Assembly: GCA_043228905.1 (NCBI GenBank) | Contig: JBHGNT010000020.1 | Span: forward strand, 13,330,001 to 13,394,000 | Length of the DNA stretch: 64,000 nucleotides | Direction of reading: 5' to 3' | Origin: Azolla caroliniana | Lineage: Eukaryota > Plantae > Polypodiophyta | Shown here: in pieces, positions 13,902 through 26,470 of the stretch | Layout: the number at the start of each line of letters is the position of its first letter | Numbering within the stretch: position 1 is the stretch's first letter | Notes under the pieces: model-generated | Databases searched by the model: none | What the model saw: the letters and a program-made list of their open reading frames with translations, nothing else | What the model was told of the DNA's origin: nothing | Position numbers and translations under genes: made by a program

Positions 13902-16900
13902 ATGCCTCCGGACCCTGTGTTGGATCAGTTTAAATCCACCGTCTCCACAGTAGAGCCATCTTCTCCTTCACCTTCTCCTTCTGCTTTCAGTAATCGCATG
14001 GATTTCGAAGCCAGCGATGTAGTGGATTCAGACCTTCTCTCTGTTTCTTTCAACCAAGATTATGGATGCTTCGCGTGTGGAACAAGTAAAGGTTTCAGGA
14101 TCTATAACTGTCATCCTTTCAAAGAAACATTTCAGAGAGATTTCCCTACTGGAGGAATAGGCATGGTGGAAATGTTGTTCAGATGTAACATTTTGGCTCT
14201 CGTTGGAGGTGGGCCTAACCCGATGTATCCTCCTAACAAGGTTCTCATATGGGATGATCATCAGAATAGATGTATCGGAGAGCTTTCTTTTCGATCCCAA
14301 GTGAGAGCAGTTCGTCTCCGTAGAGATCGAATTGTGGTAGTATTGGAACACAAGATCTATGTATACAACTTTGGAGATTTGAAGCTTTTGCATCAAATAG
14401 AAACAATTGCGAATCCACGCGGTCTTTGTTGTTTATCTCCATCTTCTAGCTCGTGTGTTCTTGCTTGCCTGGGGCTTCACCATGGACAGGTTAGGGTCGA
14501 GCATTACGGATTGAAAAAGACGAAGTTCATTTCGGCTCATGAATCACACCTTGCTTGCTTTGCTCTCACCATGGATGGTCACCTTCTGGCAACTGCAAGC
14601 TACAAGGGCACTCTTGTCAGAATTTTCAATTCACTTGATGGTTCACGATTACGTGAGGTAAGGTAATCAAACCCATTTTCCTCCTAAAAACATGAGAAAT
14701 TATCTTTTAAAATTTTGTCCTTGTCTAAATATCTTTGCCTAATCATGGCCTAATAGGTTCGACGAGGAGCAGATAGAGCAGAAATATACAGCATCTGTTT
14801 CTCCCAGAATGCACAATGGCTAGCCGTTTCTAGTGATAAAGGAACTGTCCATATCTTTAGTGTGAGGGGTGCTGGATTTAGTGAGGTATCAAGGCTTTCA
14901 GAAATCGAATCAAGTGGAAGCAATGCTATTGAAAGTGGGAGTGACACTAGTCCAGTGTCTTTTAGTGGAAGTAATACCAATTCGACACTTTCCTTCATGA
15001 AAGGTGACTTGCTCTTATTGATGCTGATGTATTATTGTAGTGTTATATTACTTTGATAATGAGTTCTGGGAAATTTGATTGTAGCTAAGATTTTAATTTT
15101 GTTGCTCATGCCAAAGAAGTTGAGGTTGTAAGTAAAGTTTTAGTAGATAAAATAATCTATGCTTCTTTAGTGGAACTGTCCACTAAGTGGAGTATGGAGG
15201 GATATATATGTGTGTGTGTGACATTATATTCATGCCTCTGAAGAGACCCAAATGACGTGCAAGTCCCAATAACTTACACTATTACATTTCATGTTATCAA
15301 GTTGGGAACAAAGTTCAGCCACCCAGAGGTAGTAGAATACACAAATAGCTCTTAACCAAGCAACGGAGTGGTATTCCCCAATTCCTTGCAACCTTATCTA
15401 TATTCTCCACATTAAATTTAGAAAATAGTGTTTATCCTGGACTAAGACTTAGTCGCAAACAGAATGTATTCCCCTTCCGGAATACTATCCAAAGGTGTGG
15501 TTGGAGAGATGGAATAATACACATACAATTATGAATTATCCGGTTACATTTCCTGGTACATATACACAGTATCCGGTTATCCGGTACACAGCCTAGATAT
15601 GAATGAACACGCGTTAGATTAAAACATACGCAACAAATAGACATGTATGAGTTCACAGACAAGCATAGTCATGTATGAGTTCATAGACAAGCATAGTCAT
15701 GTTACCCGTATAGGTGTACGGGAGGAGGGTTAAGAGTGTAATGTGTAATATGAAACGTTAATGTGTGAGTGTGAGGTGGGGTAAGTAGGTGTAAGTACCG
15801 CCATTTGGCTTTTTGTAATGTTTGATCAGATCTTGTACAATTTAAACCCCACCCATGGGGCATGAAAGAAGGAAGAAAATATAGTGAAGTTACCCCTCAA
15901 CTCGTGTCAGTCACGATTCCCTCTCTCTCCCTCTCCCTTTGTCTCTCTCTCTCTCTCTCTCTCTCCCTCCCTCTCCCCTCACACTCAAACCCCCTTGGGA
16001 GAGGGGTGGAGCCGATCGTGGCTCCACCCCCCACCACTCTAGGCACGCATGGTGGGACGACCCCCCCTCGAGAGGAAGTTTGTCTCCCTCTCTCTCCCTC
16101 TATGTCTGTGTGTTGAGAGACAGAGAGCAAGTTTTGGCGCCATTGATTTGAAGGAAGGAAGGAGGCAAGGTGTGGGTGGAGGAAGGGTTCCCCCATCGCT
16201 TTCCACATCTTCATGCCTGCCCTAACCTTCTACAGTATCTTCCTCCACCTCGTCAGATCTGTTTATGAGAAGAACCTACGTGGGAAGATTGTCCAAACCT
16301 ACGTCCGTGCCCTCGTCTTCGTCTTCATCCAAGATTTCAGCTACATCAGGCACACAAGCTTATATCGGTCTCCCCTTCAAACACTCACAGTCGTTAATAC
16401 AAATGCAGGACCTAATCACGAGCTATTGCACTTGTGGTGGGACGAGATGTCTCCATACTCATCGTCAGATGGTATGATGGCGAAGACATCATATGCTGCT
16501 ATTGATCTATTTGTAGACAAATGCCACAATGGTATGCTTACCTACTAGAAGAAGGATAGTAGTGGTACTAGTCATGGATCGCCAACACAGGATTGGCTAT
16601 GGCAACTGCTTGTGTGGTTGGATAGGATATTGAAGGAGTAGTTCAGGAAGCAGGAGGCTATCGTGAGTGAGCTTTGGATGTGATCCAGAAGCTCGATCTT
16701 GAAGCCTCGACTGGCTTTGTTTTGCGCAAGTTTTGAAGCCACGCCGGATTCAGAACATCTAATTACTTAGTGGAAAGCTTTGGCTGTGCTTGGATATGAT
16801 CTAGAGGCTCAAGGGCGGACCATTACAGTCTACATGGAAGCTAACTAAGGCAATGGTGCATCTACCCGATTTCATTTGCTCTGGATGGTAGAGTCTATGG

Positions 16901-19900
16901 TGACAAGATTCTGCCAAGATCCATTCACGAAAATACTCGTGAGTTGGGACATTCTACATGAAGCGGCTCCGAGGGTTAGCTCCAACTGTAAATCTCCTAC
17001 ATAGAACTATGTGATTCTTCCCCAAGAATGTGCATCACAATAAGATGGTTGAGAGAGCAACTGTCATACTGTTTAGTGACTATGACGCCCTTGCAATGGA
17101 GAGTAGCCAGTGCGACACTGGCCATTTCTTTGTAATTTCTGATTCACCAGAGAGGCTAAACAATACATGTCATTAACACATCACAATGGGGATGAAGCTC
17201 AAGCATCCCTCGGCCTAGGCTCCTAGGATTTTGTTGTTGCTATTGTGGGAGCAATGCCCTTCCCTATAAAGGTGTGTGGCAAGAGCATGCTATGGTTATG
17301 CAGGCTATAAAGAGGGGCCGAATAGGAGCGGCCGAAAAGCATCGGCCAAACAGGAACAACCAAACAATGGCGACTGAACAAGAGTGGCCAAGAGTCAGCC
17401 GAGACATGGTCGAGCGGCGGCCAAGAGTTGGCCGAGTGAAAGGAAGAAGAAAGAACGATGGAGAAGAAAGCGCGTGTGCGAAAGATAGAAAGAAGTAGAA
17501 ACAAAGAAGAAAGACAACATGTAGGAAGGGAAGAAGAAGAAGACAGAGAGGAAGAAGGCCAACACAAAGAATGAGAGACTGACATACAAGAAAAAGAAGA
17601 AGATGGAGTTCAAGAGAGAAAGATAGAAGAAAAGAAGGAAGATGAAGACATGGCAAAGCGAGTGCCCAACATCGACAACAGAAGAAGAGAAATCAAAGAA
17701 GTGGAAGCAAATCGAATTTTGAAGAAGAAAAAGAAAAAAAGACGAAATGAGAAGAAGAAAAGAAGAATCAAACTACAAGAGAAGAAAATGAAACAGATAG
17801 AGAAGAGAGGAGTGAAAAAGATGAGAAAGAAGAAAGCAAGTAGAAGAAACGGAAACCTAAAAAGAGAGGGGTATAGCACAAAATTTCAAAAGCTCAAGTC
17901 CCCCCTCATTAGAATTCAAAAACAAGAGGGCATACGACTAAATTTCATAAGGGCAATCAATGAAATTTTAAAAACTTAGGGGTACGACATAGAATTTCAA
18001 AAACTCAATGGTTCAAAAACTCATCACCACTCACGCTAATGAAGAAAATATATATATATACACATACACCCACAATCATTTTTAAACCTAAACGACTTTA
18101 CCATAGTGGACAAGCCGATTGGTGTGTGATCCAATTGTGTGAGAAGGTTCATGTCAAGCCAGCTCCGATCGAAGTTATTGATTGTAGAGCAGTGTTCTGG
18201 TGGAGGGATTTTTGACCGATGAGAGAAGAGAAGACCGATGGAGTTCCGGTCAATGGGTTTTTGGCATGGGCTTGTGGGTTCGACGTGCAATGCACTGTCC
18301 CACAGGCGTGCCAGGTTTTACTCGTATAAGTGTACAGGAGGGTTAAGACGGTAATATGTAATATGAAATGTTAATGTGTGAGTGTGAGGTGGGGTAAGTA
18401 GGTGTAAGTACCCCCATTTGACTTTTTGTAATGTTTGATCAGATCTTGTACAATTTAAACCCCACCCATGGGGAATGAAAGAAGGAAGAAAATATAGTGA
18501 AGTTACCCCTCAACTCGTGTAAGTCTCGATTCCCTCTCTCTCCCTCTGTCTCTAATGGCTGAAAAGAAATAGTGGATTCCCAACAAGATCTGGATGGCTT
18601 TTTCACTTTTTCGTTTTTCAGTATCCTGCATTTTTCTTTTTGTTGAATGTTTTTACTATACTAGTTTCTTTGTACAAAAGAAAGCACAGGGACTTTGAAG
18701 CTGGACATATTACCTTACCTTCTCATGCCCAGCAACATTGGTGACTTTTTTGTGCATATATAATTCATTTCTGAGGAATATTCAGAAAATTGTTGCATTC
18801 TGGGAATTTATGTAAACACTGAACCACCATGAGGTATAAAGAAGAGTATATAGAAAAGATGATTAGAAGAAATGGACTCACTATTATACAATATTGAAAT
18901 ACATCATATATATGGAAAAACAGTTGAAACTAAAGAGAAGATGACGGATCTTGGATAGAGAAGAGGCAGAGGTGGTGATTAGCTGAACAGCTGATTTTTA
19001 ACTGGAAAATGATTTTGTAAGTCATAGACAGTAAACTAGTTGGATGTGCTTAGCAATGATTTCTTCTGTCTTTGCCTGTCTCCAGTTTTATCTGCAATAG
19101 TTTGATGTGAATGATATAAGGCTTTTCAAATTCCTAAAACAACTATCGTGGAAATATCGGCATGAGATTTAATCTTGGAAAAAATACATCCAAAAACACC
19201 ATTTAGATGTATGCTTCTGTGGGCGTGTTTGGCGAAAGTAGCATCGAGAAAAATGTCATTTCTCTCTAATGCCCTTTAGGTAAGAGTGTGTCTTGAGTGT
19301 CGACTCTCATCGGGCTTGGACTTTGGTGTTGAGCTGTGTCTTGAGTTGGAGATGCACATTGAAAATTCCACACTGTTGTTGCGAGCATGATTTAGAAATA
19401 CTTTTCCCTCATTCTATATGTGAAGACTTGATTTCTGCTGCAAATTGGTAGGTTACTTGATTCTTATATCCAATGTGGTAACAAGATTCATGTTGCCGAG
19501 TACTCAAAGCAGACTCATGTGCTTATTAGTTGAAGGGTCCTCCATGTAGCTTACATCATTAAGAATTCATCACATCGTGATATAGAATAATGATATGTCA
19601 AGTCTGAATTTTTTTACTTCTCTTTCTGTTTCTAATGGAATGAAACACCATTTTCTTGTCCAACTCTTCTTTTATTATGGTCTTCCACTGTTTTCTCGTC
19701 CTATTGTCATCTCTCATCTATTTATGTTCTTGATTAATGATAACACAATTGTCAAAACCATGTAAACATGTACAAGTGCCGGTCAGTATGTAAGAAATAA
19801 TCTTAAACTTCTGTTTTTTTACCAGGTGTGCTTCCAAAATACTTCAGCTCAGAGTGGTCGTTCGCTCAGTTTCGTTTGCCTGAAGATGTGAGAACTCTGG

Positions 19901-20125
19901 TCACGTTTGCACCTGACAATCAATCCGTGGCAATAGTGGGGCTAGATGGAAGGTAAGCAATTGGTACTCAAAACACATGCTTTTGCATTATTGTAGATTT
20001 CGTGTATTCTCATTACATTTCAATGCAGTTTTTACAGGTGCACCTTTGATCCGATCAATGGGGGAGGGATGCAGCAAGTAGAATTTGATAGATTCTTCAG
20101 GGCTGACAATTACTTTTTAGCTTAA
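13902..20125 (+). CDS. ATG18: ATG18/WIPI (PROPPIN) WD40 autophagy protein, 4 exons, ~408 aa
   Basis: [43 protein letters not shown], phosphoinositide-binding [29 protein letters not shown]. Exons 13902-14657, 14757-15003, 19826-19952, 20029-20125 (TAA) total 1227 nt. Confidence 0.95.
15700..18552 (+). mobile_element. Degenerate non-autonomous LTR retroelement in ATG18 intron 2
   Basis: ~235-bp direct repeats at ~15700-15935 and ~18318-18552. Putative 5' LTR TG(15700)...CA(16467) is followed by PBS-like TGGTATGATGGC at 16470. The interior has a purine-rich low-complexity block (17440-17850) and no intact pol. Confidence 0.6.
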
Positions 20126-22802
20126 AATAATCTGTCTATAAATAATGTTTACATTTAGATCATCAAGAAAATCTCAAGTCATATTCTGGAAACTTTGGAG
20201 CATTCTATGCTATCTGCAATAATGATGACCAAGCTCTACAAGAAATATCTCTTCTAAAACTGATCCTCAAGGGTTCATCTCTTTTGTATATACCATTCGA
20301 GAAACAATGAGATGCTTCCAACTCGAACTTGTATTTTCTTATTTTTCCCTTTGTTTTTATTGTTGGAATAAACCATTCAAGAGTGCTAGAGAATCATCAA
20401 TTGTATTACAGTTTTTTATTTGAATTACAACCTTTATTTGTTGATTAAACTAGATAGGTAAATGTGAGACCAGGTATTATCTATGGGATCTAATAAGTGT
20501 GTGGGAGAGAGTGAGAGCGAGAACGAGACTGATTAACATTCCTTACCATACAATCCCTTAGCATTCTTTCATTGGGAGATGAATCAGATTACAATAGAAA
20601 TTTTTACGTAACTCGATGTAGTTTAATGCTAATATATATACATTGTGAACTAACACTTTGATGGAAACTTATCATGATAATGTAGGCATAAAATTTCTTG
20701 AACTCACTAGGAAACCATGATAACATGGACATAAAATAGTGAAATTGTAAGGATTATGCTCATCATTTATAGAAAATTATGCATGAGTGATGTAGACGAA
20801 TACTTTATGTAGAGCACCATCTAGGGTTGAATTTCTAAGGAAGCTTCTACACTTCCCATTAGTTGGGGGAGTAAAGAGGCAAGTAGGTTGTTGATGGATG
20901 ATCTGTTTGGAAGGTGGATTAGGGCCTTGGTGATGTTGAGGCTAGGGTGGGTCTTGACACATTGGGCTAGGGTGATGTATATGGGCAATGTTGGAGGGTC
21001 GTGACTCGTGTTAGTGTAGTAGTGGTGATGGTCTTCATGATCAGATACCACCTTGGTGGCTCATAATAATTCCCATACTCACTACGATTATTTTATGATA
21101 CACAATGATTATTGTGGTAATCTTGTCAGCTAAGTTGTTTGTGATCTTTGGGGCCTCATACTCTTGGTCATTGTGAGTATAGTCGTAATAAGTGTTTGTG
21201 CTCCATTGGTTGTCATGGTAGTTGTGATGCATGGGAAACTTTTAATTTGATTGCTAGTTTCTAGGGGGGTCCTGCATTATATGCAATGTTTTGATGGCGA
21301 AGAAGGTAAAATAAGGAAGAGTGTTGAAGGTGAAGTTATTTGTGGATTGTCGTCATTTTAACCAAGTAACAATGAAAATGGCTTGTATGCTCTTCTTTAT
21401 AGGAATTTGACACAAGGATGTCTTGTTTCATCATTTTCCCATACACCCACAAGTGTTAAAATGCTTGCTTTTCTTTATAGGATTTTGATTCAAGGATGTC
21501 TTATTTGACATTTTGTTTGGCACCCAAACATAATCGACTTATGTTGATGCGATATTTTACCATAAAATACAAGAAGGTTGGGTTGAACTCCATTGCAAAC
21601 ATAACCATGGCAATGGAGTAGTCAATGATGCCAATTCGCGAGCATGTAAACAACAAGCAAGATGAAGAACGATAGATTTAAAGACATAAGAGAACATTAA
21701 TTTATCTATGGATATGGACATAGATACCAACATTGTCCATCCGTGGACAATGAAGAGGTAGATGATTATAGATCCACGGGCTTATGTTATGAATTTTCGT
21801 AAATTTCATTGTTAAGTTATAATGATTGAAGTTACGGGATTTTGGCCATTGGCACATTATAGAATTCATTTCCATGTTCGAAACATTGTTCAAACATGAG
21901 ATGCATATAAAAAATGTGACCTTACAAATCACTTTCCAAACCTTCTAGTGGAAAACTATATCATTGCCTTATGCTAATAATGCCAATAAAACTCAAAACA
22001 CCCAATGTAAATTGAAAACAAAAAACAACTAGTAAGAAACCAACATATACAATGCCAAAACGAGGCAAGCCCATCTATCGGCAAAAGATAAAACTCTCAC
22101 ATTCAAGCAGTATCTATTTCCCATCTCAAATGGTCTAATAAACTCGTCGACAAGCGACAAAGAAAGAACAAATATATAAAAGTCTCTTCAAGGCCAAAGA
22201 CAACTTACATGACAAAATCATGATTAACAACATTGGTGATTTCATGTCATCCCTACGTAAAAATGCAAATTAAAGCACTATGTTTTCCAAAAGCTCCATG
22301 ATCATGATCTTAATGTACAGGAGGCAAACACGAGGTTTATGTGTTATTTGTACATGGACATATGTAGATACGTACGCACATTACATACATACATAAAGAA
22401 AGAAAGAAAGATATATTAACGTCTTCTAAGGCCAAAATTGGCCCATGAGACAATTGGTTTACAACAAAAAATGGGATATTTGCCCATTCATCGAAAGTAA
22501 AAAAAAGAGAAATTCATTATTAATATTGCTAGTAATTTGTATATATGCGAGATTATAAGTGAAAAACATACAAGACATACATACATACATACATACATAC
22601 ATACATACATACATAGATAAAGAGGAATTCATTATTATTATTGCTAGTAATTTGTATATATACGAGATTATAAGGGAAAAGGGCAAATTTGTACGAGATT
22701 ATATATATATACGAGAGCGGGAAGGCACCTTCTTCTTCTTCTTCTTCTTCTTCTTCTTCATTTTCCTCTTCTGATCAGGCCCAGCTCTGTGAGAACGGAA
22801 AT

Positions 22803-25800
22803 ATGAGGGAAAAAGCCATGTACAAAAGCCTCAAGGCCCAGGAGCTCCGACACGCTCTTGCTGCACGAGGGCTTGATACTTCTGGCACAAGACCTGTCCT
22901 GGTATGTTGTCCTATATGTATGTAGATATGCAATATTCTGCGTAAAATCTGTAATTGGCTTGGAAACATGCATACATATATAAATGTTTTATTTCTGTTC
23001 ACAATGTAAAACATGTCTGAATTTGGTGAATGTATACTGCCTTTATATGTGTAATGCTCATCTTGGTATGGTGGATGCATAATTGCACAGGCATACATAT
23101 TTGCTTTTTTCTGTGTGTAAAACTTGTGTTGGCCTGATTTGCAGCTCTGAGAATGTATGCATTTGTGTGTGTGCATGTACACATTTTCTATGCTTAAACA
23201 TCTCTTAGTATGGTCTATCAAATTTCTCTGTGTGTTTTCAACAATTTTTGTTTTACTTTATCTAGACGAACCTTCCACATTGGTCTGCTCTCTAGATCAT
23301 AATAGATTTGTGGATGAATGTTGCAAAGTATAGCTTTCTTTCTCCATGCAAAGACTTCCTTGGTATAATATTAGAGAAACACTGCTCTTTTTTTCTGTAT
23401 TTTTCATCAAAATGGTGTTCTGGAATTGATGATGAAAGCTAATTCTTCTCTTCTATATCGTACATAAAAAATGGATTTAGAGAATTAACCATGAAATCCA
23501 TTTCTTTCTACTGTATCATGCATCAAATATCAATTTATGGACTGGCATTTTATCCATGAATCCTGCAAAATACATGTTTGCTTTCTGTACTCACCATAAC
23601 TTTTGGGTTAGAAAAAGATTTCCTTTTTCCTTATTTAAAACAATGAATTTGTGATGAACAATAAATCCTGCAGTTGGCTTTCTCCAGGTATCACGATTAG
23701 AAGAAGACGATGATGACATGGAAGAAGAAAATACAGATAAGAAGCAGAAATTTGCATCAGATGAAGCTACTCCTGTCTCGGTATGCCAATCTGTAACCTT
23801 ACTTTGTTTTACTTTGTGGAATTAGAAATGAAAAGATCCTACAAAATCTGCTATTCCCCAGATAGCACAGTTAGAAGAAGACGAATTAGAGGAGAAAACA
23901 ATGAAGAAGCGAATTTCTGGAGCAAATAAAGCTCCACATGTGCTTGGTGGAAAGAACACAAAAATCTCACTCCAGAATTTAAGAACTGAACCTTTTGATG
24001 ATGAAGAGATGAAGGAAATAGATGGATTTACAGTGGTGGAACTTCGCTCTGCTTTGCATAAACGAGGACTTCCTACAGTCGGGACTAAGAAGACATTATA
24101 CAACATACTTTCAGAAGTTCTTAATGATGGAAAATTGCTTGGAGCAGATCAAGTTCCTCCTGTGCATAATGGACAGAAAGCTGAAATACCAGAACAGGAT
24201 TTAGAAATCAAAATTTTAGACAATGATGAAATTAAGGATATCGATGGATTTACAGTGGTCGAACTTCGAATTGCTTTAGATAAACGAGCACTCTCTACTG
24301 TAGGCAATAAGAAAACACTGTATAACAGACTTTTAGAAGATTTAATTGCTAGGAAAATAGCTGATGAAGAAGGTGTTCCGCCTGTGCCAAATGGGAAGAA
24401 AGCCAAAATCTCAGATCAGGATTCCGAAACCAAAGATGAAATTAAGGCTATTGACAGTTTTACAGTGGCAGAACTTCGAGCTGCTTTGAATAAACGAGGA
24501 CTTTCTATGGTTGGGACGAAAAAGACATTATATGATAGATTTTCAGGAGATCACAATGCTTTACAATTGCTTGTAGCAGATGAAGCTCTTCCTGTGCCAA
24601 ATGGAAAGATAGCCAAAAACTCAGATCAGGATTCGGAAACCAAGAATACAAATAATGACAAAATTGAGGATATTGACAGGCTTACAGTGGCAGAACTTCG
24701 AGAAATTTTGAATAAACGAGGTCTTTCTACAGTTGGGACAAAAAAGACATTGCATGATAGACTTTCAGAAAATCTAAATGCTGGAAAATTCATTGTAGCA
24801 GATGAAGTTACTCCTGTGCATAATGGAAAGAAAGACAAAATCTCAGATCAGGATTTAGCTAAAAAGAATTCTGATACTGATGAAATTAAAGATGTTGACA
24901 GATTTACAATGGAAGAACTTCGAGCTGCTTTGCATAAGCAAGGACTTTCTACAGTTGGGACAAAAAAAACACTCTATAGAAGACTCAAGGAAAATCACAA
25001 TGGTGGAGAACGGCTGGATAAGTCCAAGGAGGATATGATTGAGCATGAAGATTATAAAAAATGTGATGGTATGTATGTAGACTCTTGGTTCACAGATGGC
25101 TTCGTTCTAAATATGTTCAGTAGCTTCATGACAGCCTCCTTGTTATTAATCTGATTATGCGTGAATGTTTAAAAGAATCTGATGGTATGGTCCATAGTAT
25201 GTACATAGACTCTTGATTCGTAAAATGGCTACTATTAAGCGTGAAGATATTAGAGAATCTGATGGTATGATGCATGGTATGTATGTAGACTCTTGGACAC
25301 AAAATGGCTTCACTCTTACCCATGTTCTAGTATCTTCATGATAGCCTCCTTGTTATTAATCGTCCTTGTCTTTCTGATTATGACCATTGTTCTCTATAGT
25401 AGAGCTTACATGGAACATTGAAAAAGAAGCCATGATCTAGTACATTGATTTGAGCTGGGTAAAACTTCAAAAGGAGTAACAAGTTAGGCATACAACTGAT
25501 TCAGAATTAACAAGCCAGATTGTAGGCTGGGATTCAGATTCAGATTGATAAGTCTAGTGTTAACTTACATTTTGATAGACTATTATTGGAGTCTGGATGT
25601 ACCATATATTATACAGCGGCTTAAAATAATATCATTGAAAACAATCAAACACATCCTGATTTTGTCCATTATGATAACTGCAAGACAAATGGCTCATTAG
25701 AAACCAGTTCACTGTATCATGTGATGAATATATCGTCTCTGATATTTTGTCTTTTATGGGGTTTGCATGTGGCATGTTGTGTATTGCTGCGGAAGGGATC

Positions 25801-26419
25801 ACCTGTTGCTCAATTGCTCTAATCGCATAGGGTCTGTGGCAGTTAAGGTGAATTGCCATAAATGTATTTATGGGTTTCCTTGTAGAAAAGTATCGGTGTA
25901 GGTAATGTGAGGTCTTTTTGAGGAAGTTGATATTCATCTCATTTCTTGAGCCTCAAAAAGATTTCAAACATCATTTAGCACTCAAGAGCATGCTAGAATG
26001 TTTTGGCTCTTGAAACTTGCTTTTTGTGTGATCTGGGTTGGGAGTTTATGAACTGTTAAGTTTTTCACTTTGTGCATATATTCAACCACACTTCTATGCC
26101 ATGCTGTTGAATCGATGTATAATGTTATTGTCTTAGCCATGTGTGGAAGGTGAGGATTTTATCTGGCCACTAGTATTGAACAGTCAGTGTGGATCTTGGC
26201 TTGTCAACTTCTACCAGTATCGAAACTTGTTGGATGCCCGTATTTTCTCCTTATATTTACTGTGTAATATTTATTTTATTTTGATTTGTTCTCAAAGATG
26301 AGACAACACTTAAGATGTAATCTCTTATTTGGTCTTATAGGCCATTTTGGCCTCTTAAAAGACGTTAATATATCTTTCTTTCTTATCATCTAACGTTTGC
26401 AGTGTGGGTTAGGGTCCTT

Positions 26420-26470
<51 letters not shown>

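Noticed and set aside
17223-17979. Lys/Arg-rich and Phe/Ser-rich ORFs
   Set aside because: Artefacts of a GAA-rich low-complexity tract inside the intronic element.
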